Origin: Somniosus microcephalus
Lineage: Eukaryota
Direction of reading: 5' to 3'
Assembly (NCBI GenBank): GCA_052327205.1
Contig: CM126212.1
Coordinates: forward strand, 60,636,001 to 60,700,000
DNA: 64,000 nt
Shown here: piece after piece, positions 1 through 12,400 of the stretch
Layout of the letters: every line of letters starts with the position of its first letter
Position numbering within the stretch: the first letter of the stretch is position 1
Program-made: the position numbers and the translations under genes
The notes under the pieces: model-generated
Database searches by the model: none
Told to the model about the DNA's origin: nothing
Seen by the model: only the letters and a program-made list of their open reading frames with translations

Positions 1-172
1 TGCTCTTGTAGCCACAGTATTTATATGGCTGGTGCAGTTCAGTTTCTGATCAATGGTAACCCCCAGGATGTTGATAGTGGGGGGTTCAGCGATGGTAATG
101 CCATTGAATGTCAAGGGGAGATGGTTAGAGTCTCGCTTGTTGGAGATGGTCATTGCCTGGCACTTCTGTGGC
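1..172 (-). mobile_element. LINE (CR1/L2-group) RT C-terminal fragment
   Basis: Minus frame reads PQKCQAMTISNKRDSNHLPLTFNG..NILGVTIDQKLNCTSHINTVATRA. Confidence 0.75.
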
Positions 173-217
173 ACCTGATCCAGCTGCTCTGACTCACTAT
201 CTTATTTTACTGCCTCT

Positions 218-1017
218 CATAGACACATAGAAGATAGGAGCAGCAATAGGCCATTCGGCCCCTCGAGCCTGCTCCGCCATTCAATGAGATCATGGCTGAT
301 CATCCAAACTCAATACCCTGTCCCTGCCTTCTCCCCATATCCCTTGATCCCTTTAGCCTTAAGAAATATATCCAACTCCTTCTTGAATATATTTAATGAA
401 TTGGCCTCAACTGCCTTCTGTGGTAGAGAATTCCATAGGTTCACCACTCTCTGGGTGAAGAAATTCCTCCTCATCTCTGTCCTAAATGGCTTACCCCTTA
501 TCTTTAGACTGTGATCCCTGGTTCTGGACTCCCCCGCCATCAGAAACATCCTTCCTGCATCTAGTCTGTCCAGTCCTGTTAGAATTTTAAAAGTTTCAAT
601 GAGATCCCTGCTCATTCTTCTAAACTTCAGCGAGTATAAGCCCAATCGACCCAATCTCTCCTCATATGTCATTCCCGCCATCCCAGGTATCAGTCTGATG
701 AATCTTCGCTGCACTCCCTCCATGGCAAGAACATCCTTCCTCAGATAAGGCGACCAAAACTGCACACAATACTCAAGGTGTGGTCTCACCAAGGCCCTGT
801 ACAACTGCAGCAAGACATCCTTGCTCCTGTACTCAAATCCTCTCGCTACAAAGGCCAACATACCATTTGCCTTCTTAACCACCTGCTGCACCTGCATGCT
901 TACCTTCAGCGACTGGTGCACAAGGACACCCAGGTCACGTTGCACTTCCCCTTCTCCCAATCTATTGCCATTCAGATAATAATCTGCCTTCCTGTTTTTG
1001 CCACCAAAGTAGATAAC
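218..1017 (-). mobile_element. 5'-truncated CR1 (HER1-type) LINE
   Basis: ORF 310-1047 is the CR1 ORF2 C-terminus ([25 protein letters not shown]) plus 3' stem-loop and CTATGT tail. Confidence 0.93.
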
Positions 1018-2234
1018 CTTTGGGGAATTTTTTCCAATCTGCAACACCTCTGCTCAGGAGGAAAATGCATCTTATTTTTGTATTAAGAGTTAACACTCAG
1101 ATGGAACATCTCTTTTACAGTGAAAGTCTGTTGCAGACACTGCTGTACTGTTCTATAGGGAGGAGCAAAGACATCAACAATATACATTTGCAATTCAATA
1201 TACTGTAGATCAGAGGTTCCCCAAACGTTACGTATTGCCTACCTGCTTCCTGATCTATATTTTGCTTCATATTTTATTAATGGCATGATTTACAAAATAA
1301 GCTGTTGCAAACAAATTTATCTTGAATTCATGAAAATAAATCTATATTGTTAAACATAGCCTATTATGAAAATATTATTTTTCTAAACTAAAACAGTCCT
1401 TTCAACTGGTGCTACGAGATTTAATGCAGCTCCCGCTGATGGAAGTATCTGCCAGCTACAATGGTTCTAACTAAGAGCAAGTCCACAGAACAAAACCAGC
1501 CCTAATGAATATCTAATTGGGTTTGTGTTGATAGTCTCATTTGCAGATCACAATGATGGCTGATGTGGAAAATTGACACTGATGCAGTAATTGCTATTGA
1601 GGTGGGATTAAAGCACATGAAAAGAAACATTGGGAAAGCTTTACTCAGCAGAAGGAAATGTGATGGTTGCTGAAGTGTAAACTAGATGATTTAAAAAAAA
1701 ACTTTCATGATTATGAAACCTTCCAAGTTACTTGTGTGAATATGGGAGATATATAAAAGCTGCAACATGCAGCAACAGACCCTCCCTACTTAGTCCACTT
1801 AATAGGATTACATTCATCGTCAGCAAAATCCATCAAAAATCAACAGTAATCAATTTTAAGATGCGAGTTTTCTCCATTTGCACAAATTTTCGTTTCAAGT
1901 TACACATTGTTCTACTAAAGTGCAAGATAACTGTTCACATTGCCTCGGCTCAATTCCTTTTTCCTAGCTTTCTTTGCCATTCCAAAGCTCTGATTCCATC
2001 CCTAAAACCTGGAGTTCACAAGAGTGATTGAGAGTCTGGTTTACATCAGGAAGGGAACATCACTAAAAAGGTGAAAGATGCAAAGAGAAAATGATCAATC
2101 TGAACACAAAATAACCACATCCTGGATCAAGACTGGGCCAGATATACTACAGTACCAAATTCTAAGGAATGAATAGTTAATCTAGTAAAGCAAAAATAAA
2201 TAGAAGATAAATATTTTATTCTTGCTTCAGAGTA

Positions 2235-2533
2235 CAGGAAACTTTCTGGTATCCGGCACGGACGGGACCGCCGTGGTGCCGGTTCATCAAAAAGTCCGGA
2301 TAACCGAACGCTAAACGATACGGAGCTCAGAGCTCCGCATAAAAGCAACAAACCCTGTTGCTTCAGAACAACGTCCACAAGTTGCAAGCGTCTCTGTAGC
2401 TTAGCAAAAGCTGCAGCCACATGCTTGCACAGCAACAAATGGACTAATAAAAGTTACCTGAACCTACTCCTGAATTTTGCCGGTTAACCGACATTTCCGG
2501 TTATTTAGGGGCCGGTTAATCAAAAGTTTCCTG
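2235..2533 (+). mobile_element. Tc1/mariner-pogo (Tigger-like) MITE family A, copy 1
   Basis: TA|CAGGAAACTTT...AAAGTTTCCTG|TA. Confidence 0.85.
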
Positions 2534-2692
2534 TAGTTTGCAACCACAATATAAATCCAAATTTAGTTAAATTTTATTCAGAACCCTGCAGCAAAAATAC
2601 ATTTAAACAGTTTGATTTACCGAGAAACATCATTTACTGACATCCAGCCAAATAACCCACAGCCGAAAGACAAGGGATTTATTCAAACAACT

Positions 2693-2831
2693 TGTCCGAT
2701 CGCAGCCCTGCCTCCGATCTATCTTTTCTTTCCAGTTTTGAAGAAGGGTCAAACCCGAAACGTCAACTCAAATTTCTCTCCACGGATGTTGCCTGACTTG
2801 CTGAGTTTTTCCAGCATTTTCTGTTGTTATT
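2693..2831 (+). mobile_element. Penelope terminal (pLTR) fragment with minimal hammerhead-like motif
   Basis: Near-identical reverse complement of 3865-4000; TTGAAGA-A-GGGT..ACCC-GAAAC-GTC. Confidence 0.8.
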
Positions 2832-3864
2832 TTTACTTCCCATTAAATCTGATTAATGATTCTAACTAAAAGAACTGGGCTTAAATGCACATACTGCTTT
2901 TTTGTAATATGTTGTACATCTCTCTACACATGGGTTGAGAATATAGTGCACAGTGCCAATTATATGCAATATTTCATTGTTGGATTCATTCTAAATGGTG
3001 TTAATGTTTGAAAATACATAATCAATGGGGACCAATATGATCTTAAGTTAATAAAAGCTGTGCATTTGTTTTGCAGAGGTAACGTTCATAATAAAAGTGC
3101 TTTATGTAAGACAATAAGCTGCAATATTCGTATTGTGCCTACTGAGCTGCACACATATCTGACTAATTTGTCCCATCCAGTTGTTGGAATGAGATGCTTA
3201 GGATTTTCCTCAGTGGCAGTTGCTGAAATCTAAATTCACGTTTGTGTAGATTTCCTGTAGTTTTCTCTGCCCCTCAAAATTTCTCAAAAGATTGTCCAAA
3301 GAATGGAAAACATTTCAAATGCATACAGATTGCTGAACCAGAATCTTATGTGCATCTTCTGTATGCATTTGGTTGAAAAATAACATGTTTCAGTTCCATT
3401 ACCACATTTGCAGGATTTGATGTCCATAACATGCACTCATCGTCCAGAATGTTTGCATCACTTTGTAGTGCAGAGCTGGATTCAAAATTAGATACACAAA
3501 TTAGGCAGGTAAGCTTGTTTTCACTAAATCAGAGGACTGAAGTTCACATTGCTAGTTATCTCTCCCCTCCCCATCTGTACTTCCCTTTACGCTAAAACAT
3601 TTAAATCCACTACAAGCATATACTCGTGACTTGGAACTCTGATCACTGCCATTATCAAAACTACAACACATAAAGCTTCCTCTCTCCTCCCTTGGACACG
3701 CCCATAATTTCTGCAAGTTGAGTGCAAGTGTGATTTCTCTCCGTTCTTTAAACAGAAACACAATGGTCTGGATTTTACTCTCAGCGGCGAAGGAATGGCT
3801 TTCGCCGTTCACATCGCCGACAGTTGCCCAGAATCTTTTTGCAGGCTGGTCAGCGGAGATCTCT

Positions 3865-5125
3865 AATAACAACAGAAAATGCTGGAAAAACTCAGGTCAG
3901 GCAACATCTGTGGACAGAAATTTGAGTTGACGTTTCGGGTCGAACCCTTCTTCAAAACTGGAAAGAAAAGATAGATCGGAGGCAGGGCTGCGATCGGACA
4001 AAAGAATAAAAGAAACAAAAGAAGTAAAAAAGAGACAATAAAAGGTGTTAGAAGCTAGACGAGATGGTAATAGGCTGAGATTGGGTGTAAAGTGTACTGG
4101 CAGGGCAAGGCATAGCTGCCAGGTGAGAGCGAAACAAAAGGAAAGGGGGGGGGGGGGGGGAAAAGGAGTGGAAAAATTACAAGAAAAAATGAAATGGGGC
4201 CGAGGTTATGATCTGAAATTGTTGAACTCGATATTGAGTCCGGAAGGCTACAGAGTGCCTAATCGGAAGATGAGGTGCTGTTCCTCGAGTTTACGTTGAG
4301 CTTCCGTGGAACAATACAAGAGGCCGAGGACGGTGAGGTCCGAGTGGGAATGGAGCGGTGAATTAAAATGACAGGCGACCGGAAGCTCGGGGTCACCCTT
4401 ACGGACTGAACGGAGGTGTTCCGCAAAGCGGTCACCCAATCTGCGTTTGGTCTCCCCAATGTAGAGGAGACCGCATCGTGAGCAGCGAATACAGTATACT
4501 AGATTGCGAGAAGTACAAGTAAATCGCTGTTTCACCTGGAAGGGGTGTTTGGGGCCCTGGACAGTGGGAAGGGGGGAGGTATTACATCTCCTCCGCTTGC
4601 ACGGGAAGGTGCCAGGTGAAGGGGAAGGACTGTTTGGGGTGATAGAGGAGTGGACTAGGGTGTCTCAGAGGGAGCGGTCCCTGCGGAATGCTGAAAGGGG
4701 AGGGGAGGGGAAGATGCGTTTGGTGGTGGGATCACTTTGGAGGTAGGGGAAATGCCAGAGGATGATCCGTTGAATGTGGAGGCTGGTGGGGTGAAAGGTG
4801 AGGACAAGGGGAACCCTATCGTGGTTCCGGGAGGGAGGGGCAGGGGTGAGGGCAGAAGTGCGGGAGATAGAACCGACACGGTCGAGGGCAGTGTCAATCA
4901 CGGTAGAGGGGAATCCTCGGTTGCGGAAAAAGGAAGACATGTCTAAAGCACTGGTGTGGAAGGTGGCATCGTCGGAGCAGATACGGCGGAGACGGAGAAA
5001 CTGGGAGAATGGAATAGAGTCCTTACAGGAAGTGGGGTGGGAGGAAGTGTAGTCCAGGTAGCTGTGGGAGTCAGTGGGCTTGTAGTGAATATTGGTCGAT
5101 AACCTATCCCCAGAGATGGAGACTA
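3865..5125 (-). mobile_element. Penelope-like retroelement, 5'-truncated (RT C-terminus, GIY-YIG endonuclease, pLTR)
   Basis: VYCIRCSRCGLLYIGETKRRLGDRFAEH..GLN is a GIY-YIG domain; SYLDYTSSHP..SQFLRLRRICS is the PLE RT end; frameshift and stop present. Confidence 0.93.
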
Positions 5126-5398
5126 CTAATTCAGCGTCCGATCCAGTGTAGCACCCTCTCTACAGGGGATCTGTGCCGTGTGTGAACAGGGCAAGCAACA
5201 ATCCTCACAGACACGCAGAGTCTACACCAGGAATAGAAAACAGGAAATATAAATTACATTTAAAACATATACAGGAAGTGAAAAATATTGGGGGAGATAT
5301 GGGATTAAGGGGGGGGGGGGGGGAAGAGATAAAAGAGAAACAGAAAATCTAAAAAAAAATCAGCAACATTAATTTTCTTCTGATGGAATGAGACTCCA

Positions 5399-6103
5399 GC
5401 CGGAATTTTCAGCAGGGAGGGGAAACCCCGCAGGCCCTGCCGACTTTAACGGCAGGGCCCGATTTGAATGTGAGGCCTTGGATTCCCGCCCGCAGCCAAA
5501 CAGATTGAGGGGCTGGCTGGCTGCGGACGGGCCTCAGAAGTGAGGGATCGTGAGAGGAGGGGGAGAAGAAAGCATCGGCGGGGATCGGGGGAGGGAAGAG
5601 AGTGAGAGTCGGCAGTGGTAGGGGATTGGGAGGCTGAAGAGACCATCGGCAGGGGTCGGGGATCAGGAGGCTGGAGAGAGCATCGGCGGGGTCGGCCAGG
5701 GATCGGGAGAAAATGAGAGTATCATAGCCGGCCTCATCATCGTTTTGGCTGTGAGGGGTGGGGGGGGGGCGGAGGTTGGAGAGGGATAGGGCAGAAGGCC
5801 CAGGAAGGTGATCGGAGGTCCGGGGGTATGGTCGGGACCCTGGATTCAGGAGGTAGGTATAAAGCCACTGTCCCCGCCTCTTTAACTGCCAGATTTCACT
5901 ATGTGGAAAAAAGGCTTCCAGCCTCATTACAATATTTAAATTGAGGTAACGCCCCCTCGGAGCGGGTTGGTCCGCACCCCCCCCCCCGGTAAAATGAGCG
6001 CGCGTTGGAGGCGGGATCAGGTTGGGAAGCCCATTTTCAACACTAACTGCCCCAACGTTCCAAACCCACCCCTTTTTTTTTAATAAAAGGGGAAAATTCC
6101 TGT
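5399..6103 (-). mobile_element. GC-rich MITE family B, nested
   Basis: Ends share GGAATTTTC/GAAAATTCC; CTCCA duplicated at both flanks; homologous in reverse to 33811-34905. Confidence 0.65.
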
Positions 6104-6234
6104 CTCCATACTTGTAAAATTAATTTTACAGGGCCAGAGAGGTTGTTCAGCAGTAATTATCACTTAATATGCCGTTGAATACTCACTAGCCCTAACATTT
6201 TCAGCCGTTTTTAAATGCGGAACTAGTGACCAAG

Positions 6235-6386
6235 CAATGTTTTTTTAAGCTGCGCGACTGCACAGCGCTCTGCAACTCGCGCGCAGCCAGTTCACTGGCT
6301 TTTAAATGGGAAAAACCGCACATGCGCAGTATTTTGAATGGGCCACAAGGGGTAGCGCACCCAACAAAGGTTTAACGGGAACATTG
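6235..6386. mobile_element. Small hAT-like MITE, nested
   Basis: CAATGTT...GGGAACATTG ends; 8-bp flanks tgaccaag/tgggtaag (5/8). Confidence 0.5.
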
Positions 6387-7109
6387 TGGGTAAGTATCCC
6401 AACTTCACGCCATTACAGTGATTTCAGTGCCGAATCTGCGAGGACTACAAAAGTGCACCCTGTGGAGCAGGATATCTTTGACAGTAACTTCTGGATTTCT
6501 GCCTTTAACTGCACTTATGCAGACGCCAGAAGTTGACAGATTTACACTGACAGCAGCGAGCGCCGATAGTCTTGCCATTATTGTTGCACCAAAATCTGGG
6601 CCAATTTGTCTTCCAATGTTTCCCCTCCTTGTAGGGAAGTGCCTAGTCTTCATACTGTACTGCACTGCAGCCGCCAGCTAAGAATAAGTCTGTATGAGAA
6701 ATCATGGATGTAACCCTTCTATATATTCATGGCTTTGCACATTTGGCCATTACACCATTTCTTCCATCCACTTTTACCAATCCCACCTCTACCTTCATTT
6801 ATTGCTTTTGATCATTCTCTAGCTGTACTTTGGCTTCTCTTCAAATTCTTACCACATCACATCTATTTTACACATATTTCTATTAAAAAATATCACATTT
6901 GTCAATGTAGTTAATGATTTATTTTAAAAAGTGTCAAGTTTAAAATACAGAATGCATTATAAATTTAATGAACTAGAAATTTAGTTGCCTTCATGCAGAT
7001 AAGAGACTGCAGCCAAATGTGTCTCATTTACCAACTCCACCACCCACCCCCCCACCCCACTAATAAGCTAAAAAACATTTAACCAAAATGAAGGACAATC
7101 CAAACAGGA

Positions 7110-9200
7110 AATATGCTTGCTGTAAAATTTTTATTCATGGCAAAATAAATTTGGTCCCAAACAAAAGCAGCCAGCATTTGATAAGCCATTTTTCTGGTTC
7201 TATTTTTGTTGGACATTCATAGAAAGGAAACAAAGCAGGAGCCCTTGTCATATTTTCAGAAATATCCAATACTTAGTCAACATAATAATGTTTGAAGACC
7301 TCAAACAAATGTGTCTCTACCAGTTTACATCAGTTGTACAAAGTATGTTATTCAAATCAGTCTAGAGATTACCAACACAAATTTATGCAGCTCTGCATAT
7401 ATAAGCCACCATTTCAGAACAATTACTATAACAAACATACTGTGGGTTTTAGACATCACAAAACCAGAAACCGACTATACTGTGACTTGAGTGGCTTGTA
7501 ATAATAATAAATCAGAATATTTCTGTTCCTCTTTGCTGATATTCCAAGCAGGAACTGTTAAAAGGTGTTCAGCAATAGTTACTGCACATTGACTTCTTTA
7601 GCATCTAATCTGCTGCCATTCAATAAGATTTTAAAAAATCTACTTAAGTACTAATGCACAGACATTAAACACCTTATCCAAATTTATCTTCAGCATGAGT
7701 TCCAGTTTTAACTTGAAACAGATGTTTCCATACAATTGTTCAATTTATTCCAGTTTTGCTACTTTCCAACATTGCTGAAGCTAATATTTCAATGTTTATG
7801 CACATTATAAATTTGCATTACGTCACAGGTGCAAGTCTGTAGAGAAAGTTTGTTTCAGTAATTACACTAAACATAAACTCAGAATCTCTGGCACCAGTGG
7901 AGAACCTTTTTTTAAAAAAAAAAATAGGTTACCTGTAATCTAGAAAATCTGTGTCCTGGCAAATACAACCCATTGTAAAAGCCAGATTCTGTCCAGAAGG
8001 CCCTAATGGGCCTACTGCCACAGTATCAAATCTTTCTAACCTTGTCCAAGGTCATCACACTGGCACTGCTGTCACCAACTCTGACACTTAATAGACTTAA
8101 AACTTCCCAACAGCAACTACTCAAAAACACAATGGAATAAAAGCAGTCCACATTAAAAAGACAACCTTCTGTGACTGTTACTTTATACACAGCTCCCCAA
8201 TGAAAAATGGCTTTAAAAATAAACACAAGGTTTAACAGCAAAACCTTGACATTTCCACACTTTCAGGGGGCGATTCAGCTCCTTTAACTGTCAAGTGGAA
8301 ATGATAACTTTTAAACAGTTTTCCTTACCTGACCCATGACCTGTGATTTATGCAATAAATGCATATTTCACATTTCTGCACCAGTGCCACCAGCATCAGA
8401 CTGGAGACACACCATAAGTGTAGCAGATTGCTAAGGCAATGGTGAATTCAGCTTCTAGATGTAATTCATGAAGTCAGGATTGGAGAGAACTGATTAAACC
8501 AACTTGCAGTAAAAACTCACAACCTAAACCTTATGGGAAGCCATCACATCCCAACATAATTTGCACTACTAGGAGGTTCTTTTTAGTTCCATTCTTCAAC
8601 TACAGGACATTATGAACAAAACCACTGAACACAATCTATTCTTTCTACAGACAGGTAAACAAAACTGGAGCCTAGATTATAATTACAAGCCATTCAAGCG
8701 ACATTCTAAACATTTCAACTACACTTGTACAGTTAGATTATACAAGACTGTAGGTATCAGATCAAAAAACCTCAACTATCAGATTTTGAGATATCATGCA
8801 TTTTACTAAAAACCTTGGAAGTTGGAGATATAATATGAACAGGCTTTTTAGTGCAAGAAAAACACTGCTTTCTTTGACCTTAAAAACAAAAACCTTGGTC
8901 AAACATCACAAATATCTAAATTATAACAAACTATACACAAATCTTGGAATCTTAATTGCAGCCAAGAAAGATCATGGACTACAGCAAATTCAACAAAAGT
9001 TTTGGGTTAAGCTCCAAATACAGACCAAGTTTTCTTCCTATATGTTTTGTGGCTCTTTTTAAATAGTTTAAATACAGAAGTAGAAGGCGGAGATAAAAAG
9101 GTGTGTAATTCTTTGGATTTAGCACTTTGGAATCAATTTTAGTGCTTTAAATAGTAAAATTCTTCAGTACACAAGCCACTTCTTTTCCCCTTAAATTCAT
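7110..9200 (-). other. MARF1: Putative MARF1 3'UTR
   Basis: AT-rich stretch after the stop with no recognisable TE; AATAAA (minus) at 7130-7135 followed by GU/U-rich sequence. Confidence 0.6.
7130..7135 (-). terminator. Candidate polyadenylation signal AATAAA
   Basis: tttatt on plus; downstream minus-strand GTTTGGATTGTCCTTCATTTTGGTT; alternative signals at 7744 and 6918. Confidence 0.5.
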
Positions 9201-9442
9201 TTAAAGATTAATGGGGGATGCCAGTGAGAAATTTGCTGCCAACTTCACTTTATTTCTGGGCTTCTTAACAGGGCTGTCAGTCACTTCCAGGTGCAGTGAC
9301 TTGGTTTCATGCATATCCTGGGGTTGAGACACAGTGGGAACATTTTCTTTAATCTGGTTGATAACACTGCCACTGGTAAAAGCCTCTTCAGTCATAGCTG
9401 CAGGAAGGACAGTTTTCTCCTCCTCTGTCAAGCTCAACATGT
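9201..9442 (-). CDS. MARF1: MARF1 terminal coding exon 26
   Basis: aaacag|[34 protein letters not shown]. Confidence 0.94.
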
Positions 9443-12400
9443 CTGTTTAGAAAATTATACAGCATTATAATACATTTTGAAACCTTGATCATTCCATGTT
9501 AAAAGTTGCATACTACTTTCCCCCTCCCCACACTCAATTACCGTGACATTCTAACTTCAGGTGTCAATTGATTTAGACGTTTCTATTCCAAGACATCTTT
9601 GCAATTGACATTAATTGGCCCCAGCTACCTATATAACTGGGTTATTCATCCAACAGCTTCATCACTTAATTGACTTGGATTGTATTTTAAAAGCTGCAAA
9701 ATACACAACTTTAGGATTGAAAAGTGTAAAAAAAATCATTTGAAGGTCATTACCAAGACAAATAACTCATCAGCTCTTCCCCCATGCACAAGGTTAAAGT
9801 TATGGTCCCTTGCATTTAGCCCAAGTCACAATTATCTGATCCATAAGTCATCAAAATGTTGTGTGTCTAATAAAGCATCACTATAGGAGTAGTCTATCCA
9901 GCATTGCTGATTGGCAATTACATGATCATCTGCTTGGTATGGACCAATCAATTCCACAACATACAAGGCAGCCTTTATTTTCAATCTTTGCTCATATTCC
10001 CCATTTTTAAAGCCCTAATTATTTTGGTTTTAAAAAACAATTTCATCCTGCACTTGCTTGGATTCTCTGCTCTGCCAAACCTAAATCTTCCATCCCCTCA
10101 GTGCACAGCTGCTTGTGCTACTCAGCCCATATTTCTCAGACTCAGAAAGGAAAAGAGAGGGAACAGCAAAAAGTGAGGGTAATGCAAATGTTTTCTTTTG
10201 TCCACTCGAGACTTGAGCACAAAATCTAGGCTGACACTCTAGTGCAGTACTGAGGGAGTGCTGCACTGTCGGAGGTGCCGTGTTTTGGATGAGATGTTAA
10301 ACCGAGACCCCATCTGCCCTCTCAGGTGGACGCAAAAGATCCCATGGCACTATTTTAAAGAGTAGCGGAGTTCTCCCTGGTGTCCTGGCCAATATTTATC
10401 CCTCAACTAACAGATTATCTGGTCGTGTCGCTTTGCTGTTTGTGGGACCTTGCTGTGTGCAATTTGGCCGCTGTGTTTCCCCACATTACAACAGTGACTA
10501 CACTTCAAAAAGTACTTAATTGGCTGTAAAACGCTTTGGGATGTCCAGGGGTCATGAAAAGCACTATATAAATGCAAGTCTTTTTTATAAGCAGTGCGAC
10601 AGCAGCCAGTATTAAATAGTTTTTACTGCTCCTTTAATGAACTATACTTCTTTCCCCACACCACAAGTGATTATATTAATGTATCCCTAATATTGTGGAA
10701 TATACAGTTCTAATCCATTATATAGCAGAAACTTTATTGACAGTATCTGAAAGGGAAAAATTAAAATTTGTTCTCAACCTGCAACATTAGGTGGCCGTTC
10801 CTCAAACTGAATAAGATCAGCATTTTCAAGAATAACCGGGTCTGGTCTGAGCTGAGGGGATGGCAAGCAGGATGGGACGGGTCCACACAGCAAGTCAATG
10901 GGAGATGGGTTACTAAGGCAGAGAAGCTCTTGTTCAGTCTGGTATGAACCTATGAAAAGTGATGCACGTTACAAGTTGTGCACATTACAGAACATATTTA
11001 GTAGTCAATGCCCTCTATACCATACATTGCATTCCCATAAAATCTTGTACATCAACACACATTTTGGAACAAAAAGGAACTACACAGCATTTGAAAAATT
11101 TTAAATGAAAATTTACATTACTATCTGCCTTACTTTGCTGATAATCAGTTCACAATATGAACAGTAAGATACCACTACATTATAAAATATGTAGTTTAAT
11201 AATCATCCAGTTTAAACATTGACTTTTTTGTGGTCACTGCTCTGTGGAAATTTGTTAATTTTGTCAGTCTTTGCAGGATTCAGAATTGAATTTAGATGCA
11301 TCTAGTGGTTTCTCTGAATCGTGAGACTTGCTTTTGAGGTTACGATTATCAAGAACAAACTACCCAATTTCATATTTCAGCTTCCAAAGCCCCTCATTCT
11401 GCCACCTGCAGAGAAGCCGTGCAGGTATTCCAATATCCAAGTCTCTCCACAGCTTTCCAACAGCAACTCTGGCCCATTAGTCACTACATCGAGCAGCTTG
11501 GTCAGGACTGCACATATTAGAACTAGTGTTATTCTTGATCATCACCCAGTTTGCAAACAATAGCCGTACTGTGTGTTTACAAAAAGATACCAATGCTAAG
11601 AGAACTCATGGGGTTAAATATCCTTCCTTTGCACAATTGCCAGACCTACTCACCCCCATCAGTTTTTAAAAAAATATTTATTCCCGGGATGTGGGCGTTG
11701 CTGGCAAGGCTGGAATTTATTGCCCATCCAGAGTTGCCTTAAAAAAGGTGGTGGGCCGTCTTCTTGGAACTGCTGCAGTCCAGCTGCTCCCAGAATGCTG
11801 TTAGGTAGGGAGTTCCAGGATGTTGACCCAGCGACAATGAAGGAACGGCGATATATGTTCAAGTCAGAATGGAGAGAGACTTGGAGGTGATAGTGTTCCC
11901 CATGCACCTGCTGCCCTTGTCCTTCTAGGTGGTGGAGGTCACTGGCTTGAGGGGTGCTGCCAAATAATTTCTTACATATCCTATTCCAGAGCTAGAGGGG
12001 ACCGATTGTTGCAACACATTGACTTATGAAATCCATTACTTACAGGAGCTGGAAGTTTCAAACTCCTTTGTCTCAATGTCACTGGAATTCTCTACAGCCA
12101 AGGTCACTGGTCGTTTTGGGCCTTCTTGTATCTGCTCGTGTTCTTCAACCATACAAGCAGGAGAACAACTGGCAGAGCTGTTACGAACTGGAGGGGGGGG
12201 GGGGGAAGCAGGAGAAAAAAAAAAGTAGAATAAAAGGCCATGCAACTGCAGTTAGTTTGGAAGGACATTTTTTTTTTTTTTTTTTTATAAAAAGGTTAAT
12301 TCATGGCCAGAAAGGACCATTTAAATGTACAGCAATAGCAGCATTTATTTTTAATTTTATTTGCTTGGCCAATTACTTTGCTTTCGTGGTCTCTACAGAG

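Larger units (their letters stand above)
3765..6602 (+). mobile_element. PIF/Harbinger-like non-autonomous element carrying nested insertions
   Basis: AAT|GGTCTGGATTTT...AAAATCTGGGCC|AAT; internal similarity to 53063-53765. Confidence 0.7.

Noticed and set aside
1020-2230. Short ORFs as a neighbouring gene
   Set aside because: No recognisable protein motifs or consistent splice structure.
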